Shown piece after piece: positions 1-12,224 of a stretch of 64,000 nt of DNA; within the stretch, counting starts at the first letter, position 1; the number at the start of each line of letters is the position of its first letter. This DNA is from Camelus ferus. Taxonomy: Eukaryota. The stretch is taken from NCBI RefSeq assembly GCF_009834535.1, contig NC_045696.1, positions 68,698,001 through 68,762,000 on the forward strand, written 5' to 3'. The notes beneath the pieces were generated by a model, which was not told where the DNA came from, did not search any database, and was given only the letters and a program-made list of their open reading frames with translations. The position numbers and the translations under genes were made by a program.

Positions 1-811
1 GAAAAAAATTACAATGGGAATTCTCTGGTAAAATGACTAGCTGCAGTCCATTGTCATCATCCTGGCAGGCTGAGGGAGAGATGGATCCCAGGCTTAATTA
101 ACAAAACTTGACAAATTCTCTCTTGAGCCCTAGGCTCCAAGCCCACCTGCTCCTGCTGCCTCCTAGGCATAGAACTTCAAGTCTCCAGTCTGTGCCTCTA
201 TGTGGTATAAATGGATGAGTTCGTAGGATGCAAGCCATCAAGAAAAACCATCCACTTATACTCAAATGAAACCTGACCAAGTCGCATCTCTGTCAGTTAT
301 CCTATCTAGTGTATTCTGGAAGCTAATGAGCCTTGTTCAGCTTCCACTGGAAAGTGACAGCAGAGCCCCATCCCCATGAAACCGAGTATCACAATGAAAA
401 GTGAAAGGGAAAATCAAACCTGGCTGTTGAGGCTCTTCTTGATTTACTGAATTCGGTAATTCAACCAACACTCACCAAGATTCCTTTATGCGCTGAGACA
501 CTTGTCTCAGCATCATGGAGGGAATCCAGAAAAGAACTGGTGACATGTTCTGTCCCTAAAATATTTGTAATATTAGATGCCAACAAACTATGACAAAGTA
601 GGAAATAACCCTGATAAGCAGAAGTAGAGAAAAGTTAAAGGGTGAGTGGGACATAGAAGGTTATTTCTTACCAAGAGGCTCAGGGAATTCTTCCTGGACA
701 ATCAGTATTTGAACCCAATCATGAGGAACAGGAAGAATACAAATGGACAAGGATGAAGTGAGCCAAGGCCCAGAGGCAGGAAGTATGAGGAATGTTCATG
801 GGCAAGGAACT

Positions 812-955
812 AATAATGGGATTTATCAAGTGTGTACTGTATGCCAGGTGCTACACAAAACTCTTTAAAACACATTATTTCATTAGATGGAGAAGACTGA
901 GCCACAGAGAGGTTGAGTAGCTTCTTTAAAGTCACACAGCTTAAAAATGATAGAA
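812..955 (-). mobile_element. MIR SINE fragment
   Basis: Reverse complement of MIR core/3' end (tatgccaggtgct...gactgagccacagagaggttgagtagc...gtcacacagc). Confidence 0.7.
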
Positions 956-1447
956 TTGATACAATGTCTGATGGTGGTTATTGAGGATATGTAAAAGCCA
1001 CTGATGCTAGATCAAGAGAATGCTGGATGCCAAGCTTAGGAGACCAATGTGTCCAGCTCTTGATATATTCTTCTCAGATGTTGTTATTGAATACATTCAA
1101 CACATCTGTTATTGACTTAATTTTCCACTCATTGTAATGATTTGGGAAATCTCAAAAAACCTAGACTTCTTTGACAGAGTGAAAATGGTCAACTCCTATT
1201 ACCTCCTTCGCCATATGGTTCTTAGCCCTGAGTTCAGCAGAACTCTGAGATACTCTAAGGACAGGCTTACAGTGAGTTGGAACCACTTGTCTCTGGCTGA
1301 GGAGGAGTTAGGAGCGTTGGGAAAGTCTCTTCATGAGATAGGCAACTGAGTAGTATAGAATGGAGTCCCATCACTCCCTTCAGACTGAATTAAAAAGTCC
1401 TATTATGTGGAGAATAGACAGAATAGACTGAAACAAGAGTCCACAAC

Positions 1448-1641
1448 CTGGGATCAGCAAACCAAACTCAGCTTGCCACCTGTTCTTGTAAATAAGGTCT
1501 TACTGAAACAAAGCTGCTCGTTCATTCAAGTATTGCTACTGTCATGCAACAGTAGCAGTGCCGAGTAGCTGCAACAGAGACTGTGTGCTGTGCAGGCCCC
1601 AAAATATCTTACCTTTTACATAAAAAGTTTGCTGACCTCTA
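1448..1641 (+). mobile_element. MER58A-like hAT-Charlie DNA transposon
   Basis: Terminal inverted repeats gggatcagcaaac...gtttgctgacctct; internal cctgttcttgtaaataagg and gagtagctgcaacagagac. Confidence 0.8.
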
Positions 1642-4357
1642 AAATAGAAATTCTATCACATTCATGTTGGAAGGAAGAATAGAGATCATTTAATCCATTC
1701 TCTTCTCCCCTGCCCACTGTTCCCCACACTCCTCCCCAAACACACAGATAAAGATGCTAAGCCCCACAGAGATAAAGAGATTTACCTAAAATCACAGAAG
1801 TGGTAAGGGACCATAGTTGGGTCACTAACCATTAGACTCATGTTTCTTCTACCACACCAATCCTGAAAGACTAAAGTAACTTGTTTTCTAGACAGCCACT
1901 CAATAACTAGGTGCCCAGCACCATGCTTTCTTGGAGTTCTCTGGGGGATGAGAGTGGGAGAAGGTCTGGGGCCTTTCCATCCTGTGGTCCTCACTAGCAG
2001 TGGTGATAGACCCTGTAGAGGGGAGTTGTACTTCAACACCCTCTAAAATTGGTATATGAGGGAAAATCAAACAGCACCAGAATTTCTCTTTAAAACTTCC
2101 TCGTGAGGGCCCCACAACAGAAACTGACTTACTGTCTCTCATTAGGTCCAATGCCACCAGTCAGGCTTTTAGAGCTAGAACTGATTTCTGGTTTCTGGTG
2201 ATGCCTCAGCTGCAGTAACTGGCTTGTGTTCAACAGCCGTATAATTCCAGATGCCTTACAAGTCTGAGCAGCACACAGGGAATGAGACACGGTGAGGACG
2301 TGGCAGGCCCTCACCTCCCACTGCGCCTCAGCTTGGCCAGGGGCCTCTGCTTATTGAGTGGAAGACCAGGAGGCATCCCCATGTTATTCAAGTTATTTTC
2401 CCGCTCTCCTCCCTCTCCAGCTTTTATAGTTGAGTAAGTGTAAAATGTGCCTTCAGCACATTTTGAAGCAATTTGAGGCAGTGCATGGTCAAGTGTCTAG
2501 TAGAGATTGTCCATGTCAGGGGTGTATATGGAGAGTGTGTGTATGTGCATGTAGAGGATTCGGACACAAATGTGCAGAGAGGTGAGAGATTTTCCCAAAC
2601 AGGAAAGTCTGTGGAAATAGCAAAGCTTAATGTGGTTTTTGTATAAGAGATTTACAGAATCTTAGAATTAGAGTATCATTTGAGAGCTAAAAACTCCCAT
2701 ACTGTGCCCAGTACAGGAATTGCCCCTGTGGCATCTTGGACAGACAGCTTCTGCCAGAATCCTTTAGGTGACATATTATTTCCTGGGGGAGCCCACCTTG
2801 TATCCAAACAACTTCAACTGTCGATTATCTATTCTGAATATTATAATGAACTGAATGGTTTCTAGTCCTATCTTCCAAGCCACATAGAACGAGTCTCTTC
2901 TCCTTTTCCTCATCATGGTTCTTAGGGTGCTTGCCCAAGGCAATCAGATCCGCTTCCTGCCATGGTTTCTGTCCTCCTGATCATGGAGCAGCATGGATGG
3001 ATGGAGTGTGTGTGTGTGTTGGGATGTGTAAAGGAGGGAGGAGAGAAGAAAATTACAGTAGTTCTCAATTTAAAACCATGTGAAAGACGAGGTTGAAAAA
3101 TAGGCAGGTCATACTGCACAGGGCACAATGTGCCAAACAAAAAATGTTGGGAGAGTCACACAGCCTGATTGGCAATTTAGAAAGATTCCTATATTGCAGC
3201 AGAGACATTTGCAGGACCAGGACAGGAAGGCCCATTAAGAAAATACTGTAGGATCCAAATGAAAGATGATGAGGTCTGATCAAATCAGAGGCACAAAGAT
3301 GGAAAGACAAAGACATTCAAGAAATGTTCTGGAGAGAACTGAAGACTTGGTAAGGGATGTAGACTTTAAGGTGGGAGGTAACAGGGATGATGCCAAGGGG
3401 TGATGGGACAGGAAGCAGCTGGAACATCTCCAAAGGCCTGCCACTACCAGAAATGTTCATTCTGGGGCCTCGGAGCCCTCCCAGAGGAGTCTGCAGAGAG
3501 AGAAACGATACATTAACTGTGGGAGTTGGCAAGAAGCAAGGAATAGGAAACACTAATTACAGGCCAAGATAATTAACCAGCAAGTCTGAGATCAGCTGCA
3601 TGTAACCTCAGCTCATCTGCTCCTGAAAATGGCCATGGGAGGATGTGAGGGAAAGAGTATGGGCAGGACATTTTGCAAATACTAAGGGAGCAGCTGAGCG
3701 CAGACCTTGGTGACATGAGTTTGATGTGCTTGGCACTTTGGCGCCGGTTTCTGGAGCCCTTGGGGTGCCAAATGCACTGCAGCCAGCTGGCCAGTTGTCC
3801 AAACGTCACTTCTGCCTCAAGGCCTCTAATTACCAGGCTCCCCTTTGGCCTTATAGCTATACTCCATTAGGGGCCTGCTGGCCACACACACAGGAAATGG
3901 ATTAGAGGCCATTAGACCATCCAGGTTGAGAAAGGTCAGGTCTTGCCTCCTGGGAGAAAAGCCTAAACTCCAGCTTCATATTAGGGTGCTTGGAGCAGGA
4001 CAAAGATCTGGAGACTAGGAAAGGGAAATATGTTCCTGGTCCAGCCCAGCTATATGGCCTTGAGCAAGCAAATTGTTTCACTTCGCACAGCGTCTCTTTG
4101 CTTTTCTGTAACCCGGAGCATAAATAATCCCTCCCTGAGAAGATCGGGTGATATGAGAGGCAGGGGTGTCTGCATTTCTAGAGCTGAGGCTCCTGCTGTT
4201 GGTGTTAATTGCTCACCTGAACCTATGAGTTGTGGACTGGGAGTGAAGAAGCCAAGGTTTTAGCCTGTTTCTACTAGTGTGTTGTAGGACCTTGGGCAAG
4301 TCACCTCTCTATAGGCCTCAGTTTCTTCATCTGAAAACTAAAGGCTTTAGTCTAGCT

Positions 4358-4494
4358 CAGCGATTCTTAACCAGAAATATAGACTAGAGTTGCCTGCAGA
4401 GCTTCTTAAAAATACAGGTGCTCTCACCCAACCCTGATAAGTTGAAGTAGATTCTCAGGGGGTATTAGAATCTCACGTCCACTGAGAACCACTG
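4358..4494. mobile_element. MER5-like hAT element
   Basis: cagcgattcttaac...tgagaaccactg termini. Confidence 0.6.
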
Positions 4495-5488
4495 GAACAG
4501 ACAGTCAGGCCCTGCCTGCTTCCTGTCTCTGCATACCTTGCTCCTCCCACACCTGGAACTACTTGGTTCTCACCCTCAGAATAAGCCTGCCCACAGCCTC
4601 CAACACTGATACTGTCCTCAAGCCAAAGCTCTGGACCTCAGCATGAAGTCCCCCTGGTACTGTACTGGCTCCAACCTCCTGTTTCAGTCTCACCTCTGAG
4701 CCCCGAGCTATTGAGATGTGGCATCGCCTTGTTCTCTGAGGGAGCTGCATTGCTGAGCTCATCCAGCACTGACTGGCAGGGCATTGTGTTACTTTTCTCA
4801 TGATCTGGGTGCCATCCCCGAACTCCAGGCTAACGGGAGAAGACCTGCTATTGGCTGAAAGACTGCCTTGCTCTCCACCATCTGCTGGGATCATTGAAAT
4901 ATCCCTTGCTGTTGGACCCCTCCTACGGTCATGCCACACCACGTCTCCAGCTGCCTCACAAAGAATCCCACTCCCATCCAAGATTCGTGTTGGACACTGG
5001 GATGTGGCTTCCTTCCCAGGACCACAGGTGGCCTGTTGCCCAACCAAGCAGGTGGCGTTTTCTGCCTGTAGCCTGCCTTAGACCTATGGCTTCATTCCTT
5101 TCCTGCTTCAGCCTGATTTGTGCTCTGTCCAGCTGCAGCCACAATTATTTCATCAAGTTATGTCCCATCATGTGATTTCAGTGGTTTCTGATATCCCTCC
5201 TGGCAGAAAAGTCAGAACCAGGATGGTTGCTTTGGACCTGAGGAAAAGCACTGGTCCTTCTGGGACTGGGTTCGCTCATCTGTGAAATAGGAGTGCCAGC
5301 ATCTGCCTTGTAGAAACACCATCTCTTACTCGAATGCTTCTCCCCATCAATTAACTGAACTAAGTCCTATTTGTCCTTGGATCTTAGACATTGCTTCGTA
5401 AAGAAGGCCTCCCTTACCAGCGTTGCCCTGCCACTGTTAACATGCTCTGATTGCAACCTGTACTTTTCCTTTTCAACTCATGTAATTG

Positions 5489-5777
5489 GTTTTTGGGTTT
5501 TGGGGGTGTTTTTGTTTTTGTTTTTAGTGAGACTAACTTGTAACATTCCTTTTTTTAATTGAAGTTTTTTTAAAATTGAATGATAGTCAATTTACAATGT
5601 TGTGTTAGTTTCTGACATATCATAGTGATTCAGTTATATATATATATATATACACACACACATATATGTATTCCTTTTCATATGCTTTTTCATTATAGGT
5701 TATTACAAGAAATTGAATATAGCTCCCTGTGCTATACAGTAGGACCTTGTTGTTTACCTATTTTGTATATAGTAGTG
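5489..5777 (-). mobile_element. Camelid-type L1 3' end, 5'-truncated, with 12-bp TSD, inserted in an L2 3' end
   Basis: Poly-T plus attgaatgatagtcaatttacaatgttgtgttag. TSD CTCATGTAATTG at 5477-5488 and 5778-5789. Confidence 0.85.
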
Positions 5778-7319
5778 CTCATGTAATTGTTAATTACTAG
5801 CTTAAAGTCTGTCTCTCCTACTAGATCATAAGATCTGTGAGGGCAGAAACTGCCTTGCTCACCAACATTAAACCCCCTATGCCTGGCGCACAGAAAGCAG
5901 GAGACGTGTCTAATGACTGACAGATAAGACGTTGGTTGTGTCTGTCACAGAGCACATTATTCCCTCTTCTCTGAGCCTAGAGAATACCACTGAGCTAGTC
6001 CCAAGGTGAAAGCCCCCACCCAGTACAGGGGAGCACCAGGGCAGGGCTGAGCTGGTTCTTGAGGTCCATGCTGGTCTTTCCTTCTAACCCCTGTGCAACC
6101 TGCCATGCTGTCAGGAGCCACAAGCAACGAAAACTCTGGTGAAAATAATGCCCATATCACCAGTTACCAAGCTGAAATTCTCATCATTGAAAGAATCCCA
6201 CTTGAAGATCTTTTTAAAAATACCTGTGCCCACACCCAACCATAAAGACTTTTGTTTTAATTCATCTGGAATGTGGCCTGGGCTTTGGTATTGCTCAGTA
6301 ATTCCCTTGGGTGGCCCCTGTGTGCAGACATGGATGAGAATGATTGATCAGGTCCCTTCACCATTTTTCAGAGCTGAAGGTGAACACAGGAGGGAAAGGA
6401 ATTAGCCCAAGAACACACAGTAGCCATGGCAGAGCTGGAGGGAGCTAGAACTCAGAAGACCTAACTTGCCACCCACGGCTCCTCCCGCACCGAGTAACAA
6501 ATTGAAATCCCCTTTATCAATCGCAGAGGCGGGTTTCCTGGCATCAGACAAGGCTGGGGGCAGAGAGCTTGTTTTTTCTACCCCGGAAAATCTGTTATTA
6601 AAAGCCTGTTTATGCAAGAAGGATATAATTAAACGTGAATGAGTGTAATTCCTTTATCACAATGAATATTAATTAGAGGTAAACACAGCATCAATATTCA
6701 TTTAGAGGAAGAAGGAGGCTGAAAAGCAGACTGCTCATACCAAGGTTGTCAGTCACATCAGAAAGTAGCAGGATGACAGGACCACAATAGCAAAATGGTG
6801 CTCTCTTTTCCTCAGATCCTCTCGGATTTAGAAGTTAGCCAAAATGCAAATCTGTTGTCAGGTTGGGCTCCATGGCCAGGCACATCTTCATGAGCACAAG
6901 TCTGCCCTGCTCAGGGCATAGCCCTCAGAAAGTTTTAAGCTATAAAGACTCCTCATGTAGGGTCAGCATCCTGGAGGGGTAACTGGCCTCTTCAGCCCTC
7001 TGGGAGAGGGAGGAGCCAAACTGACCCATGCCCAGCCATGTTGTTCTGGACTGTGAGCACTGGGAGAATGGCAAAAGCACATCATTTCCCAAGGAAGAAC
7101 TCCCAAAGCCACAGCAGTTTCCTAGATCTTACAAATCAGACTCAACTGAGGAGGTTTATTGGGAATGCAGATTGTCAGGCCTCACCCTGGTCCTACTGAA
7201 TCAAAATCATTTTGGAACGAAGCTTGAGAATCAGCATTTTAACAAACTTTAGTGTTAATTCTGATTTCTAGCCAAGCTGAAGATCTTTCTTTTGCCAGGT
7301 CAGTTAGGATCTTAAATCA

Positions 7320-8010
7320 TTTCATTCCTTGATTCATCCATTCATCTGATCAATATTTATTAATCTCTAGGCACTGTGCTAGCCATGGGCAAAGACTGAG
7401 ACCAGTACTCTGTTTTCTAGTTCCTTCTGGTCTAGCAAGAAAAACTACACATTAGAAATGTAATTATAACACACAGACTGAATATAGGGGCATAGACACA
7501 GGTGAACTCAGCTCTGAATGAGGAATCCAGGAACACTTCACAAATAACATTAGTGGAGAACTCATGTGAGTAGCACATTCTTACAGCAGTGGTGGTGTGG
7601 AGCCTTGGAGACATGGTTGGAGAATGGATTTAAGTGGAAGGCAGAGAGTGTGGGTGTTTCATGAGGTGGACAAGTACTAGGTCATGAAGAGTGTGAATGC
7701 CAGACAAAGACGTTTGGATTTCAGGGGGAAAGAGATTCAGAAGACTGAGCTACCCATTGGTGGGTAATGGTGGGAATGCACTCAGACACTGCAGACTTAA
7801 ATGCCTCTTCATTGAATTGGACTTAGGATCAAACAAGCATTTGGAGGATTTTAAGAAGAAATGCCAAATAGGAGGTTAACATCAACTTAGGAGCCAAGAC
7901 ATTGAGTGTTTGCCACGAGTTGAGAGAAAGAAGCCATATGTCCCTAGAGATGCCAGGTGTGTCCTGAATAGAATGGGAGGAGAGAGAAGGTATTTCAGGC
8001 TGGTCAAGAC
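7320..8010 (-). mobile_element. L2 LINE 3' fragment
   Basis: ttcattc...caatatttattaa...aggcactgtgctag terminus followed by purine-rich L2 antisense body. Confidence 0.6.
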
Positions 8011-8439
8011 TTGGCACTGGGATCAGCAGCAGTGCTCAGCAAGGACCCTGACCACTGCAATAGATTTTGATAGACTTTTTCACCTGTGGCTGTGGGCAAG
8101 CTCCCAACAAGCAGGGGGTCATGTTTGGCCACAGCAGTGCAAACAGAGTGATAATGTGGATGCCAACTCTGATGACCAGGGGTAGGGGAGCATTGAGCTC
8201 TGTACTCACCCTGGTCCCATGGGGTACATTTTAGAAGGGAGTAAGCTCATTCTCTTCTCTCTGAGACAGGTTTTATAGAATCAGAGGTCCTCAGCTCTAG
8301 CAGGGCCCACAGAACTGCTGTGTACCAACTCTTACAGCTCCGAGAATGTCTGAGGGGACAAGGACCCTCCCCCGGTCACTCTGCCGTCTAATCCCACCTG
8401 AAGTGTGACGTTTTCCTTAGAAGTACCCTCCTCTACCCT

Positions 8440-8612
8440 GGTTAGAAAACTAACTGCATATTGGAATAAACTAGGAATTTTAAAAATGATTGATGCTTGG
8501 TTCCCACCCCAAGAGATTCTGACTTAATTAGTGTAGAGCAGGGCCTGGGTGTTGAGAGTCATAAACACTACCCAGGAGATTCTTATGTGCAGCAAAACTT
8601 GAGAGTCACAGC
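8440..8612. mobile_element. MER5-like hAT element
   Basis: cccaccccaagagattctgacttaattagtg...ccaggagattcttatgtgcagc...ttgagagtcacag. Confidence 0.65.
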
Positions 8613-9127
8613 TCCATTCTCACTCTTAGTTAAACATTCAACCAATAGGTATTAGAAGGAAATAAGGAGTTACTCAGTAATGGAGGTGTTAGCTTAGAAT
8701 GCTGTTCTCATTTTGATGAAGAATTCTTTTTTCCCTTTTATACATATCCTGCTGATTTTCCTTTAAAACTCTGAAAGCAAGCCACATTTATTGCTTCAGT
8801 CCAAACAATACAATAAATATATTTTTCTGTAATCTAAGACTAAACCATATTTATATTTCCCCCTGTTTGTAACAACAAAAATGGTAACCTCCTCCTCCAC
8901 CACATTATATATAGGGATCATTTTGGATTTGGAATCAGGCGTAATATTGTTTTTTTTTTTTATAGTCAACAATTATTAAGATTTAATTAAAATTGTCTTT
9001 GTTTCTGCAATGATTTTTATTTTGTATTCCTTTTTCATTTTGCTGGACTGTAGCTTTTAGAAATTCTTAGAGTGAGAGTTGTTGTACAGACTTTATATGA
9101 CTTAAATGCTTTTATTTTGACCTTGCT

Positions 9128-9262
9128 TTTTTAAAAAAATTTTTTAATTGAAGTATAGTCAGTTTACAATGTTGTGTTAATTTCTGGTGTACAGCAGTGA
9201 TTCAGTTATATATATATACACACACACACACATATATATTCCTCTTCATATTCTTTTTCATT
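9128..9262 (-). mobile_element. Camelid-type L1 3' end fragment
   Basis: ttttttaattgaagtatagtcagtttacaatgttgtg...(TA)n(CA)n...cttttttca. Confidence 0.85.
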
Positions 9263-10040
9263 AAAAACTGGCAGAATTGCTCAGCTCCATCTTAACAACA
9301 CACTCATTTTCTCTTCAGTTATGTCCAGTGTGCTCTACACCTTATTTATTCACTTTTTCTCTCAAACAAGCATTTTTTTTCATTTCTGAAATCTCTAATC
9401 AATACTATTTCATAACATCTTGTTCCATAAATGTAGATATTAATTACATTTTTTCATTTTTATTGATTCTACTTTCTCTTTCCTAAGATACTAATTTTTC
9501 TGTTTCTTTTTCCTTTCTTATACAATGTTTGCTTTCCTTAAATCTTTAGCAATTCTTAGTAACATGCTCAACTTTTATTAGAGATTGTCTTTAAGGCCAC
9601 CTGAGAATGCTTTTTATTTACCAAAATCTGACTCTAGCCCCATGATAGAGGGGTGGGATATGCTGTAGACAATGAGTTGTGCCGGTAGCCAGACTTCTGT
9701 GTCGGGGAGCTCGCAGTTGCTCCTGGATGCCGCAGGCACCACCTTTCCTTGCAACCCCTGCACTCAGACACACCGTCCTGATCTAAAGGCACTCACCCAT
9801 GTAGCTTGCTGTTGGCTCACTGAAGGGAGGAGGTGAGGACGGACAGCAGGTGTGTCTTGAAAACAACTGGACCTGGAAAGTATACTGCTGATGCTCATAT
9901 AAAATAGAGTGTGTCTCTCTTTGAATTTTATTAAAACTGGGCTCAGAGACAGATGAGGAATATATAGACACAGCCAGAACTCAACTCCAAGTCAAAATGA
10001 CCTTAAACACTTCACTATATTGCTTCTCCTTATTCTAAGA

Positions 10041-10180
10041 ATTATCTATATCTGTATATAGATAGATATCTATCTAGAGACATATAGATATAGATAGATA
10101 TATAGGTATATGCTATGTCTACAAACTCATAGATGTCTATATGTACTATATATAAATCGAGATATATATTTAAATACATA
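10041..10180. repeat. Degenerate (TAGA)n/(TA)n low-complexity tract
   Basis: Seen directly; includes the 18-bp palindrome TAGATAGATATCTATCTA at 10059-10076. Confidence 0.85.
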
Positions 10181-12079
10181 AAGTGTTTTTACATAAGACT
10201 TTACCCTCAATAAATGAGAGTTACTATAAAGAAACACCATTGGCACATTGTATTACTGCCACCAAAAGTCATACACTCTTGCTTAGTTTCTGTCTCCACT
10301 TTTTCTTTAAAATCAGATTTGAAGTTGGAATTGGTCTCAGAAGCCACTTACTTCAACCCCTTCATTTTTACTTTTTTAAAGGTTAATAAATACATTAACA
10401 TTTTAAGTTTCGTTAAAACCCTTAATGTAGAAAATATGGAAAGTGTAGAAAGAGTTAGGTAATTTAAAGAAAAAAAAATTATCCATAAGCCCATCATAAT
10501 TAACAACATCAGCTACATAATTCATGAACTGTGACCCAGGGAGGAGAAATGGTCAGCCTACAATCAGTCAACAGGCCACTGGCCAAGTGTCCACCATACC
10601 AGTCCTCCGTCCTTCACTCTGAAACAGGAAGACTGGGCTTTATTCTGTTGGCTAGAGGAACACACGACTGACTACAAGATTGGTTAGAGTTCCTGTCTCG
10701 TACAAGAAGCCCAGATGAGCCCTCAGTTCTGCCTGCGATCACGTTGGTCACAGCAATGTCTGTCTCTTGAATTCCGTGATCTCTCGGAGCTGAAAAAAGT
10801 CATTTTGTTCTTCGCTTGTCTTAAACTATTAGTGCAGCATGTGTTTTGTCATTACAGGTGTGGGGGTCATGCTAAGACCAGTCTGAGGGAGAGGAGTGGA
10901 GAGAGCTGGGGTGAGGAGGGGTGTGCAATTATTCCCCTGCACTGCCTGGAAAACTTCTCTAAGAAGCTTCAGTGTCACCTCCGACTTGAAGTCTTCCTTC
11001 CTCTGCCCAAGCAATTGGTCAGTCCCAGCTCTCTGCTCCTTAGCAGTTAATACATTTCTCCCAACAGCAGTTATAGGGTATTTATTTATTTATTTATAGG
11101 TCTGTATCCTTTGATAGATTATGAATTTCCTAAAGACAAGGGTCTAACATCTAACACAATTTCAGACTCATAGCAAGGGCTCAGTAAAAGTTTGATGAAT
11201 GAATGACTGAATGTTTGAGTGAATAAACTTTACTGAGGAGCTTTACCAAATATTTCAGAAGCAGTTTTGTTGATATACAGAGAATGCCCCAAGAACAAAT
11301 AAAACAGCTTCACCTACCATACTAAACGTATTAACAATAGTGCACCATAACCAAACTATTTAACTAGCCTTTCTTCTATTAACATGGACATTTATTCCCT
11401 GACTCACCCCAGAGTCAAATGTAGAAATTGTGAGTGATCATGTACTTTAACACCACAGTTATTGCTTGAATTTATTCTACAGAATCTCAGAGGAGTGCTA
11501 ATCTAAGTTCCTAAACTTCTCCAGTGTCAGGAATACACCTGCCTTCCAGTTGACCCTATTTATAAATCAGAAAAATAATAGTTTTTAAAGAAAGTATCTT
11601 AGGAAATAGGAAGAGAATTGAATTTAAAATGGAAGGTTTAGATTTGAAGCCCGGGTTCTACTATTAACTGGCTGTTTGTTGCATACATCTCTTTGCTGTT
11701 CCAAGCCTCGTTCCCTTATGTTGAAAATAAGAATAATAAAAACTGCCAGAGTGGGGTGGCTGTGGCCACAAAGTGTGAAAACCAATATAAAAGTATTTTG
11801 TGAACAGTAAGACAGTGTATATATTTAAGGGAGGAGAGGAAGGGAGGGTGGGGGCGGGGTGAATAGGAGACAGATATCTGTCTTAAATAAAAGAGACTGT
11901 CTGTCGGAACAAGAGAATAGATACTTCTCCAAAGAGGAGGAAATGTTTGGAATCGGGGTTTGTTGTGTGACAAGGGAAAGAAATACCACGCTTACAGTTG
12001 TGTGGAGGCAGTGGAGAGAGTGACTGCTGATGCCTCGTCCTTCCTGCCTCCTTCCTCCCATTTTCTAGTCTTGTCTCTA

Positions 12080-12224
12080 AGAACCCAGGCTCTGAGCCAC
12101 ACTGCCTGGGTTTGGGCTCTGATTCTGCCACTGACTGAACTCCCAAAAGTACTTCACTCCTCTATCCATCACTTCCTTCATCTGTGAAATCGGAGTAATC
12201 ATATACTCTATCTCCATGTAAAGT
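12080..12224 (+). mobile_element. MIR 5'/core part (3' end resumes at ~15238-15300)
   Basis: caggctctgagccacactgcctgggtt...cttcatctgtgaaatcggagtaat; the tail gtttagaatagtgtctggcaca follows the L2. Confidence 0.65.

Noticed and set aside
4559..5047. 162-aa minus-strand ORF (and overlapping 93-aa plus ORFs)
   Set aside because: No recognisable domain, no RTP-family motifs, and no convincing exon structure; consistent with a chance ORF in GC-richer DNA.
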